Source: Mobula birostris (lineage: Eukaryota). From it: DNA of 64,000 nt. The DNA is taken from assembly GCF_030028105.1 (NCBI RefSeq), contig NC_092402.1, positions 43,946,137-44,010,136 of the forward strand, written 5' to 3'. The notes beneath the pieces are model-generated. The model did not search any database. It had not been told where the DNA came from and saw only the letters and a program-made list of their open reading frames with translations. Both the position numbers and the translations under genes were made by a program. This document shows positions 37,757-48,770 of the stretch, piece by piece; position 1 is the stretch's first letter; each line of letters begins with the position of its first letter.

Positions 37757-39370
37757 CCGAGGAGAACGTTAGAAGGGCCTTCCTGAAGATAAATCCAAGG
37801 AAGACGACGGGCCCAGATGGCATCCCAGGATGGGTTCTCCGGGCCTGTGCAAGGGAGCTAGCTGGAGTGTTTGCTGACATCTTCAACTGCTCCTTGCTTC
37901 AGTCTAAGATCCCCTCGTGTTTTAAGAAGGCAACGATAATCCCAGTGCCGAAGAAGAGCAAGGTGGCATGCCTGAATGACTATCGACCTGTGGCTCTGAC
38001 ATCAATTGCTATGAAGTGCTTTGAGCGATTGGTTATGGCACACATCAACCGCAGCCTACTGGTCAAACTTGACGCTTTGCAATTCGCCTACCGGAGCAAC
38101 AGGTCAACGGCAGATGCCATCTCTCTGGCCCTACATTCCTCCTTAGAACACCTGGAGAATAAAGACGCATACGTAAGGCTCCTTTTCATTGACTACAGCT
38201 CTGCCTTTAATACCATCATTCCAAATAAACTGATTCCTAAGCTCCAGAACCTGGGCCTTAGCACTCAGATCTGCAGCTGGATCTTCAACTTCCTCACAGA
38301 CAGGACCCAGGCTGTAAAAGTAGGGGACAGGCTCTCCTCTACAATCACTCTGAGCACCGGTGCCCCACAAGGCTGTGTACTCAGCCCCCTGCTGTACTCA
38401 CTGTACACTCATGATTGTGTAGCCAAGTTTCCATCGAACTCAATATATAAGTTTGCTGATGACACAACAATAGTAGGCTGTATCTCGGGTAATGATGAGT
38501 TTGGGTACAGAGAGAAAATTGAGCACAGAGAGGAAATTAAGAACCTGCTGGCATGGTGCGAAGACAATAACCTATCCCTCAACGTCAGCAAGACGAAGGA
38601 ATTGGTTGTTGACTTCAGAAGGAGTAGCAGACCACACGACCCAATTTACATCGGTGGTGCGCAAGTGGAACAGGTCAAAAGCTTTAAATTCCTCGGGGTC
38701 AATATCACAAATGACCTGACTTGGTCCAACCAAGCAGGGTCCACTGCCAAGGAGGTCCACCAGCGCCTTTACTTCCTGAAAAAACTAAAGAAATTTGGCC
38801 TGTCCCCTAAAACTCTCACTAATTTTTATAGATGTACCATAGAAAGCATTCTTCTAGGGTGCATCACAACCTGGTATGGAAGTTGTCCTGTCCAAGACCG
38901 AAAGAAGCTGCAGAAGATCGTGAACACGGCGCCGCACATCACACAAACCAATCTTCCATCCGTGGACTCACTTTAAACCGCACGCTGTCGGAGCAGTGCT
39001 GCCAGGATAATCAAGGACACGACCCACCCAGCCAACACACTTTTCGTCCCTCTTCCCTCCGGGAGAAGGCTCAGGAGCTTGAAGACTTGTATGACCAGAT
39101 TTGGGAACAGCTTCTTTCCAACTGTGATAAGACTGCTGAATGGATCCTGACCCGGATCTGGGCCGTACCCTCCAAATATCCAGACCGGCCTCTTGGTTTT
39201 TTGCGCTACCTTACTTTCCATTTTTCTATTTTCTATTTATGATTTATAATTTAAATGTTTTAATATTTACTATCTATTTGTAATCCAGGGAGCGGGAAGC
39301 ACAGAATCAAATATCGCTGTGATGATTGTACGTTTTAGTATCAATTGTTTGGCGACAATAAAGTATAAAG
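37757..39370 (+). mobile_element. Young 5'-truncated Rex1/Babar LINE with a long RT reading frame
   Basis: ORF 37867..38976: [39 protein letters not shown]; premature TAA; tail aataaagtataaag. Confidence 0.93.
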
Positions 39371-40660
39371 TTGACATCCTGCATCAGATAGTGAAAACAC
39401 ATCCCAGAATTGAATGAGAACTCTAGATCTTCAAGAGACTTGAATTTTATCATTGTACCAAGGTGATCAATTCGGTGTCCTGTGTGTAGATGTTTTTCAG
39501 CAATAGAGGGGAAGAAAAAAATAAGGAAGTGGCAGAGTTAGTAAAAGTATGAATGGATCTCCTACTCTCATCAATAGAAGGTCATGTTAAGATGGTGTTT
39601 CTGCTGTGTTAAGAGTACCGCAAGAATTAGTATCAGGATCTTCAGTTTCTGGAACTTGTGAAGTTCTGTCTTATGATGCAACAATGCTGGTATCATAAAT
39701 AGAATGCAACTTAAATGGCGTATCTAATATATTCCAAATAGGAAATGGAAATTGCACTACAATTACTGAAAGGTTACTTGCAAAGTCAGTATGCTTTTTT
39801 TTTTACTTTTGTTGTTATCAACAGAAATAAGTAATCTTCTATTCTGGTTACTCCACACAATAATACATAAGACCAATATACATACACCACAACTCTGTCT
39901 GATCTGCAAATGGCACGAACAAGTTTTAAAGACAAAGCAGGGAACCACTGCGGGTTAACTTTAGCCAGCTGGAGGTTAACAAAAAATTCAGGTGACTGAA
40001 ACCTATTCTGTGTGGTAAAGTAATTAGTAATTAATTGGTGTACAGACCTGCACCCTGCAACCACTTGGATGGGAAAAGGATGTTTAGGTGCAAACCTGCT
40101 CAAGGCTCCACCAAAAAACCAGATCCTAGGACTTCATTTACTGATTTCAGTGATGTAAACTGTTCTCAGATTTCATCACAGAGCTGGCAGATCAAATGCA
40201 TGTGTTAAATAATACATCCTTTCAGCTTACCTCAATTTATTCCAGTAGTTATAATTAGATTCAAAACACAGTATTACTGAACAAGCAAGGATTGAAAAAT
40301 GAGGTCAATTTTATTTTATAACAAATCGGCAGATGGCAGTTTTTGAAAACTCTATGCTAGTCAGTTACAAGCAGCATTAATGGTGATTTACCTACATCTG
40401 CCATTTTGTGGTCTGATGGTATCTGTTGCCAATATGGCTCCACTTCATTTACCTGTTGTAAAACAAAGGAACATATAAGGCATTGCTCTTATGAACAGAA
40501 TCATTTCATAAGTATCAATTTCTAGATTCTGGTTCAGATTCATTAATATAAATTAATATTCATTCCAGTGCCAACATAGCATGCCCACAATGTTCAGACA
40601 ACACAAGCAACAACAGACAATAGCAACAAAATCACAACATCAAAATAAGTTCCTTTTTCT

Positions 40661-40664
<4 letters not shown>

Positions 40665-40738
<74 letters not shown>
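40665..40738. repeat. (CA)37 microsatellite
   Basis: Direct reading. Confidence 0.97.
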
Positions 40739-40743
<5 letters not shown>

Positions 40744-41449
40744 CCACTCACCCACTCCTCCAGCCCAGGACAAGCCGACCCAGCCGCTAATCTCCAGCGG
40801 ATTCATGGACCCAGGGCTTCAGCTGTCGGGCATTGGCTTCCGGACTTCTGAAAGACCTTTGGGCTTCGATCTTCAGTATCAACTCCAGGACTAACCGCTG
40901 ATGGGACCCCAAACACCAGGCCTCAAACTCCAGACTCACCGGTGACGGAATCCTGAACTCCAGGCCTTCAACTCTGGACTCACTGACTCATGACCTAAGG
41001 GGGTTAGCGGCTTCCATGATTCCTGCCCACATGGACTTTTGATCCCAGGACCCGCTGACCTGGAGGGATGCGATGCCACCAGCCCTCAGCCTCTTTGGTT
41101 TTCATCTAGAGTTCTTGCTGGCCCAACATCCGTCCACATCCACACCACTGGCTTTTGAATGTGGAGCATGGAGCAGAGGCTCCAGCCTGACTTCTAACTG
41201 TTTCACGTTCCTATCCCGAAACCCTAACCTGATCCCTAACTCCCCTCGCTGTCCCAAAACCATCCCTATGAACCTAAAAAACAACTGAGTCTGAAGCATG
41301 GCCTCAAATTTTCAGCTGTTGTGTTGCATTTCCAAATTTTTGTGAGAAGTTCTCATTCAGCAACAAAAACCAAACTACTGCAAGAACTCTGGGTGAGGAT
41401 GGGACCTACCCTATTGGCATTCCAGGTATAAACATCATCCACGGAGCGA

Positions 41450-41730
41450 AAAACAAACTGCTGGAGGAACTCAGTGGGTCAAGCAGCATCTGTGAGAGAG
41501 GAAGAATTGTTGTTATTTTGGGTCAACATCCTGAATCAGGGATTGTAGACAAATCTGAGAATAGAATCGGAACTCTAGATCTTCAAAAGACTTGAATCTT
41601 AAACGCCATAAATCTCTTTCACAGAGCACAGTGAATTCAAAGACAAAATGTCAACAACTTCTCTCCTTCCATAATTGCAGCTCGACTTGTTGAGTTCCTC
41701 AAGCAGATTGTTGTTCCAGATTTTCCAGCC
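41450..41730. repeat. Second fold-back element of the 2615-2840 family, with a longer spacer
   Basis: ctggaggaactcagtgggtcaagcagcatc ... ttgttgagttcctcaagcag. Confidence 0.6.
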
Positions 41731-42279
41731 CACTGGATATTGCTCCCATTAATAATCCAAAGTACTTTAAATTTGTTTTTAAGATGTTACGGTACAATAA
41801 TTTTACCAGTGAACCAGGTGAACTTAAAGGGAGCACCAACGCCCAAGAATGGAAGAGCCTACAAAAATAGCTGGGCACTGCCTGGTCCATCACAGACAAA
41901 AACACCTCCCCCCCTCTCCTCCACAATTGAGCACATTTACAAGGAGCACTGCCAGAAGAAATCAACATCCATCATCAAGGACCCCTACCATCTAGGCTCT
42001 TCTCACCGCTGCCATCAGGAAGGAGCAGGAGCCTTAGGCCCCACACCACCAGGTTCAGGAACAATCATTACCCTTCAATCATCAGTATATTGTGACATAA
42101 ATGCACAATAGTAAATGTACTTTGAATTTTGAAACAAGGCAACAAGTTTACAGGGAGCATGGGAACAGTGCCTTAATGAGTTTAAACAAAGTGGAACAAC
42201 CGAGGCCCCAGTGTATTTAGATTAATAATTAACACAATTGGTTAAAAAGGATTGAGTGCTTTCCTGATGTATATGACGA

Positions 42280-42414
42280 ATAAACTCTTCTCAGGCTTCC
42301 AGCTGTGTACAGGTATCAATTTTAACCGATGTTTTCACCAGATGGCAAGTTTGTCATCAAAATGGTGGGTAAAATCAATACCTGTATTCGGTTGGAAGTC
42401 TGAGAAGAGTTTAT
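42280..42414. repeat. Fold-back element of a different family (~55-bp arms)
   Basis: aaactcttctcaggcttcca...caggtat pairs with atacctg...tggaagtctgagaagagttt. Confidence 0.75.
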
Positions 42415-42446
42415 AACACAATTCGTTCTTTAAGGTTGTTATAGTT

Positions 42447-42985
42447 GGGGGAGGGGTGGCGGACATGGGGCTGGTAATGGGGACAAGCTCCCAATACCTA
42501 TTAAATGCTCTCAAAGGCGTGCATCTCAAATAGCCTCTGACAACCAAGTCCAGCTCCTGGCCTTCACGTGCGGCTTAGCTACTAAGCCCGGCGAAGCTCT
42601 TTCTACTGATAGGAGAAGGGGCAAAGGTGGGTTACTGACGCCTTAAAACTAGTTGCTTCGGGCAGATGGGGCTAGTCAGCTGTGGTTGGCAGCTCATCTA
42701 GGAGAAGTAAAACTCTGATCTCAAACCTCCGCTACCTTGAGGCTATACCCATTCATGGGGAAGTCTTTGGGAGTAAACCAGAGCTGGAATCCCCAAGACA
42801 GTCCTACATTGAGTTCAATGCTAACTGGCAAGTCCTGCAACACCGCTGGTCTCTGCCATTCCTTTGGATTCGTTAGCTGTGTGAGCAACAGCTTGCTCTC
42901 CATATTGTATTGCCCTAGCTTGCGTATCATAGACAGCTGGAATGCAACATCCATAGTCAACCCCAACCAATAGAGGGCCTCATAA
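42447..42985 (+). mobile_element. RTE-like non-autonomous retroelement
   Basis: Shares the gggagtaaacc motif and layout with 23270-23845. Confidence 0.45.
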
Positions 42986-43169
42986 TTAACACAACAATAT
43001 AACAACAAGTACAAAAGAGCAGAATGGTGCAAAGATTGTGATGTAATCTGAAGCAGAGCAAAAAAAAAACACTGAAGTAGCAATAGTGTTTCTGTGGCAA
43101 CCGAAAAGACGTAGAGTTAAGAGTACAAGAATGTGGCAGCACCATTGGACAACAGCAATACGTACATCT

Positions 43170-44250
43170 TGCTACTGTGTGTCGTATACAGCTTAGCATA
43201 CAATGCAATCACACCTTCAGTACTAATGAACAAGCTTCAAAACCTGGGCAGCTGTACCTCCCTCTGCAACTGGTTCCTTGACCTCCTCACCAGGAGAGCA
43301 CAGTCTGTACGGATCAGAAATAACATCTCCTCCTCGCTGACAATCAACACTGGTGCGCCTCAAGTAGGCGTGCTTAGCCCACTGTTTACTCTCTGTATAC
43401 ACATGACTGTGTGGCTATGCATAGCTCAAATGCCATCACACCACAACTATTGTTGGCAGAATTTCAGATGGTGATGAGGTGTACAGAAACGAGATAGATC
43501 AGCTGGTTGAGTGGCGTTGCAACAACTTTGCACTCAACGTCAATAAGACCAAGGAATTGATTGTGGACTTCAGCAAAGGGAAGTCAGGGGAACACACACC
43601 AGTCCTCATCGAGGGATCAGCAGTGGAGAGGATGAGCAGTTTCAAGTTCTTGGGTGTCAGCATTTCTGAATATCTAACCTGGGCCCAGCATATTGATGCA
43701 ATTACAAAGAAACATGACAACAGCTATATTTCCTTCGGAGTTTGAGGGGATTTGGTATGTCACCAAAGACTCTTGCAACTTTCTACAGGTGTACCATGGA
43801 CAGCATTCTAACACGTTGCGTCACTGTCTGTTATGGGGGGAGGGGGCACTGAACAGGATTGGAAAAAGCTGCAGAGGGTTGCAAACTCAGCCGACTCCAT
43901 CATGGGCTCTAGCCTCCCCAGCATTGAGGACATCTTCAAAAGGCAATGCCTCAAAAAGACAGCATCCATCATTAAGAGCTCCCATCTCCTAGGACATGCC
44001 TTCTTATTGCTACCATCAAGTAGGAGGTACAGGAGCTGGAAGACACACATTCAATGTTTCAGGAACAGTTTCTTCCCCTCCCCCATCAGATTTCTGAATA
44101 GAAACTGAACCCATAGCACACTACCTCACTGTTTTTTTTGGGTCTCTTTTCACAGTACTTATTTAATTTATATATAAATATTTCTCATTGTAATTTAGTT
44201 TTATTCATTATTATGTAATGCAATGCATCCACAAAACAGCAAATTTCATG
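43170..44250 (+). mobile_element. Rex1/Babar LINE fragment, frameshifted
   Basis: INTGAPQ, ALNVNKTKELIVDF, FKFLGV, RNSFFP remnants. Confidence 0.85.
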
Positions 44251-44489
44251 AAATATTAAAACTTATAATTTAAAATGGCACTACTGAGTGCAAGCAACAG
44301 CTTACTGGTATTTCAAAGGGCAAGAAACGCAACTAAAAACATTACTAATAACACCTTCTCAGAGGTAAGTTGTGGTAAATTATCACTGCAAACAATGAAG
44401 AGGTGAGTGAAGGCAAACCAAATTCGAGGATGAACGGTGCTGGTATGTTGCAGAATTGACACAGATGGAGTGAGCTATTTGGAGAGGAG

Positions 44490-45100
44490 GAGTTGAGGCA
44501 GAGGAGTTCTGATGCCCGTACAACTGGCCTGGGTGCAAGGTTGGCTCGCTCTGGGTGCCAAGCCGATTTGGAGAGATCGAGAGCAGCGTCGGGCTGGATG
44601 GCAAAATCTGGGCCTGGAGCAGGTCACTGGGCAGTGTGGTCTAGATCCAGTGCGTTTTGCTGTGCCGGGGCCCCGAGTCCTAGTACTAGGGCAAGGTATG
44701 AGATGGTGTCTGGACAATTTAAACACCCTCTCAGATATACTGGAAAGACATCTTTTGCTCTCTTTCTCGCAATATTCAGCTCCACGACTCCGAGGCTATG
44801 AAGACCGCTCCAGCTGCTGTGCTTCATGCCTGCTAATATGATGAACTGATACCCAGACTTTGGGCCTACCCCGGGGTTTGGATCTGAGGACTCATTTTGG
44901 TTCAGAATGTTGTTGCTCGCTTCTATTGTTTGCATGATTTGTGGCTTTCCCCCCTTTCTCTGCGCATCAGGCGTTGGTCTTTATTTAGTTTTTTAAAATT
45001 GGGTCCTTTCAGGTTTCGTGCTTTGTGGCTGCCTGTAAGCAAACAAGTCTCAAGGTTGAATAATTTATACTTTCTTTAATAATAAATGTACTTTGAAACT
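44490..45100 (+). mobile_element. GC-rich non-autonomous retroelement with a Rex-like tail
   Basis: Ends aataaatgtactttgaaacttt, like the tail at 29475-29510; no coding motif. Confidence 0.5.
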
Positions 45101-46325
45101 TTAATATGCCAGTGATATTAAACCTGATTCTGAGGTCAGTGTAAAAAAGATGATTGGTTGAGGAGTCTGATAGCAATAGAGAACAAGCTGTTCTTGAGTC
45201 TAGACATCCAATCTTTCAAGCTCATGTATCTTCTACCAGAAGATAGAAGAGAGAAAATGGAATCGCCAGGGTCGCAGGAATCCTTAATGATACTGTTAGC
45301 CTTCCTGAAGCAAAGTACTGTGGAGGTGGATAGGATGGAAGGAAGTGAGGAGCCTGTGATAAACTGGGCTAGGTTTACCACCCTCTGCAGGCTGAAGCAG
45401 ATTATTGGAGTTTTATTGCAGAAGATAGTCAGCAAAACCTTCAGGAGACAACTATGAATGGAAAAGATATTATTCATCACTCCAGTTACTGAATTCTCAA
45501 TAACAATCACATTTTTCTATTCTACTCCTTTGTAACTGCAGATTTTCTCGTTTGTAGAAAAATCACATTCACCCACTTATTTTCCCTGTAACCTATTCTG
45601 TCTTCAGTTTCTATCAATATCCTGATCATTATTTCCAGGTTTCATTGCCAAAACAGGTCTGTAGTAACAGGGTTTATCTCAAACATTTTCTATTTCAGTA
45701 TTGATGCCCCACCCACAAAATATGTGGAAGAATATGCCCAAGGCCCTTGCTTTCCACTGCAACACATGCTAATCAGGCTATTGATCTCAGCCTCAGACTG
45801 CAGAAGTGAGAATGACTAAACACAGCAGGCTGAGAATGGAACAAGGACAACAACAGAACAGTTCATAAGGGAGAATGGCTGAATGTACCAGTTTCATATG
45901 CATTGGGAGGAATGAGTAAACACAGTCCCATATTGCAGTAACCCCCAACTATAACAAGGAGTGACTCAGTGCATCAGACCCAGACTGCAACAGGGGGAAT
46001 AAATCACAGTTAATCATAACACAGGAGCCATTTTTTGATCCACTGAGACCATGGCAGCCCAAACATTACATCCTATACCTGTTGCTCTGCAAGTTTATTC
46101 CCCATGGTGTCTATCCAATTTCCTTTTTAAATCATTGCTTTTACATAAAACTCTAAATGTGCCTTCCTGCCATTGTACCACCCACTAATGGGCATAGAAT
46201 TTATGTGATAAAAATCACTCATCCCTCTGGTAAGTCACCTCTTCACCTTCTCAAGAGCCCTCATATCCTTCCTAAATTATGACCAGAACTAGGCAAAAAA
46301 TTCTATCACTTGGCCGATCCAGAGC

Positions 46326-46940
46326 TTTATCCAGAACCCCTATAGACATCAATGCATGTGGGGTTGAGAGGGTAAATTGCTCTAAGTTCCTCGGCATCCA
46401 CATCACTGAGGATCTCACGTGATCTGTACACACCAGCTGTGTCGTGAAAAAGGCACAACAGCGCCTCTTTCACCTCAGATGGTTGAGGAAGTTTGGTATG
46501 GGCCCCCAAATCCCAAGAACTTTCTACAGGGGCACAATTGAGAGCATCCTGACTGTATGCATCAATGCCTGGTATGGGAACTGTACTTCCCTCAATCACT
46601 GGATTCTGCAGAGCGTGGTGTGGACAGCCCAGCGCATCTGTAGTTGTGAACTTCCCATGATCCCATAGGAACATTGGGGACCCGAGTCATCCCAACCACA
46701 ATCTATTCCAGCTGCTACCATCCGGGAAATGATACCACAGCATAAAAGCCAGGACCAACAGGCTCCAGGACAGCTTCTTCCACCAGGCCATCAGACTGAT
46801 GAACTCATGCTGATTTGAGTATATTACATTGACTGTTCTATTTATCATAAATTACTATGATTGCACATTTAGACAGAGACATAATGTAAAGATTTTTACT
46901 CATGTATGTTAAAGATGTAAGAAATAGTCAATTCAATTCA
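46326..46940 (+). mobile_element. Rex1/Babar LINE 3' fragment; an inverted copy of its tail lies at 35505-35755
   Basis: KKAQQRLFHL...FYRGTIESILT; the tail gtaaagatttttactc is the reverse complement of 35560-35575. Confidence 0.8.
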
Positions 46941-47439
46941 TATAAAAATCAGCATGGCTTCCATGATTTCATAAAGTTAAAGATAATAAAGATCAGCTTA
47001 CATCAAGCTACATCTTGCTGCCATCGATTGAGTGAAAATACAGAAAATGCTCTAAAAAGGCAATAGGGCAGAAAGCATCTGGGGAAAGAGTTTCAGCTTC
47101 CGGTGAAGTCCTTTGTAAAACTGAATGCAAAATACACATATAACAGCAAGAGTAGTGAATTGATGTTTTCAGCAACATGCAGCAGGTGGAATAGCTGAAT
47201 GTGTTAGTCCCAACCTACAGCACCGGCAAGTACTCTGCACTGCACCAGAGGAAGTAACAAAGCTTTTACTAAAACTCTGTGCTTTAGGAACAGCTTTTTC
47301 CCCTCTACCATGAGATTTCTGGGTGGTCAATGAACACTACCTTTTGCATTTTTTTTACTTTTAATTGTTTTGTGTCTTGCACTGTACTGTGGCCACAAAA
47401 CAACAAATTTCACAATAATCAGTGATAATAAGACCATAA

Positions 47440-47605
47440 GATATAGCAGACTTAGACCATCCAGTTTGTTCTGGTAATATGAACATAACTGATTTATTTT
47501 TCCCCTCTCAATCCCATTCATCTGCCTTCTCCCTGTAACCTTTGATGCCCTTACAAATGAAGAACCTATCAACCTCCACTTTAAATACACCCAGTGACTT
47601 GGTCT
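47440..47605 (-). mobile_element. CR1 3' end abutting the MSL1 promoter
   Basis: Reverse strand VFKVEVDRFFICKGIKGYREKADEW. Confidence 0.75.
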
Positions 47606-47609
47606 CGTC

Positions 47610-48770
47610 GTCTGACTCCGCCCACCGATTGTTACGTAACGCTATGCAACATAAGCAGCGCCTGCGCAGTCCGCAAGCAATCTCCAAGCAGATGCGGAGG
47701 GAAACAAACCGGGAGAAAGAGCTAGGGTTCGGGTGGGGGTGGGAGGTAGGGAGAGAGCCGGGCTGGGGACGGGCAAGCACAGACATGTATGAATCAATGA
47801 ATAATAAAGCACACTGAATAAAGAGCAGCTGGGCCGCAGCGGAGGGGGCGACTCCGCCCCGACAATAACATAAATCAGCAGCGCCGCCTGTGAGCCCCGG
47901 CAGAGGCGCCGAGCCTCCGAGGGGGGGAAATCGGCCGGCGAAGGAAGCGGGGACAGGCCGCCCGCCAGGTGCGGGCCGGCGCGGAGCCTGTGCCCGAAGC
48001 GGGCCAACGGGCCATGACAATGAAGCCAGGCCTGTTAAAGCAGCCGGGCGGGGTGGCCGAGGCCGAGAAGCGGGCGGCGACGGCAAGCGAGCACGATGGC
48101 GGAGAGGCCGTGGGATCCGGCGGGGAGAACCCGACCAAAGGCGGTCGAAAGGTGAACGGCAGCGAGCACGGCAAGATGGCGAAGGGAGTGCGGACGGCTT
48201 GGGCTCGAGCAGCGGCCGTGCCCAGTGCAGAAGGTGGCGGCGATGGTGCCGGACGGGGACCTGGCGAGAGTATAGCTCCAGTTCCCGGCTTGGAGGCCTT
48301 ATACTGGGGTAAAGTGAAGAAGCAGCAACAGCCGCCGTCATCACAACAGCAACCGCTACAGCAGGGCCCGAGCCAGAGCGCCCGCCTCAAACAGATCGTC
48401 CTGCTGCAGCTCGACCTTATTGAGCAGCAGCAGCAGCAACTCCAGCTCAAAGAGAGGGAGATCGACGAGCTGAAGGCAGAGAAAGAGACGGTGAGGAACC
48501 TAAAATGGCGGGGCCGCTTCTGACAATGACAGGCGTTAAATGTGCTGGGGTGTCGGGGAACCATCTTAGAATCCGCTAAAATGGTGGAGGGAGAGGAGTC
48601 GCCTCTTGCCGCGGGGCGCGCCGGGAACTGTAGACCCTAGTTGCTCTTTCCACGCTGACCTACAAACCTGGGTTGCTTGCAGGACTACAGTTCCCAAGCT
48701 GCACTGGTGTCGAGCGAGTGTTAGTCTGGCTGGGCAAAGTGGCGCACGACAATGACGTCACTGTCCTCTT
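47610..48770 (+). promoter_or_regulatory. MSL1 CpG-island promoter/exon 1 region: GC box, GTTACGTAAC palindrome, NRF1, YY1, two ZNF143-type motifs, CRE
   Basis: ccgccc 47618-47623; gttacgtaac 47631-47640; gcgcctgcgca 47658-47668; aaaatggcgg 48502-48511; gggaactgtag 48623-48633; actacagttccc 48684-48695; tgacgtca 48753-48760; locally high CpG. Confidence 0.8.
48014..48490 (+). CDS. MSL1: MSL1 exon 1 (MTMKPGLLKQ...LKQIVLLQLDLIEQQQQQLQLKEREIDELKAEKET)
   Basis: gccATG Kozak context, MTM start as in vertebrate MSL1, MSL2-binding coiled coil, GTGAG donor at 48491; 477 nt. Confidence 0.93.

Noticed and set aside
47969-48013. In-frame GTG extension of the MSL1 N-terminus shown in the ORF track
   Set aside because: The ATG at 48014 has good Kozak context and gives the conserved MTM start; nothing supports GTG use.
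47508-48564. Long antisense ORFs (278 aa and 229 aa) over MSL1 exon 1
   Set aside because: Expected in stop-poor GC-rich sequence; the 278-aa ORF runs into a CR1 tail and has no recognisable domain.
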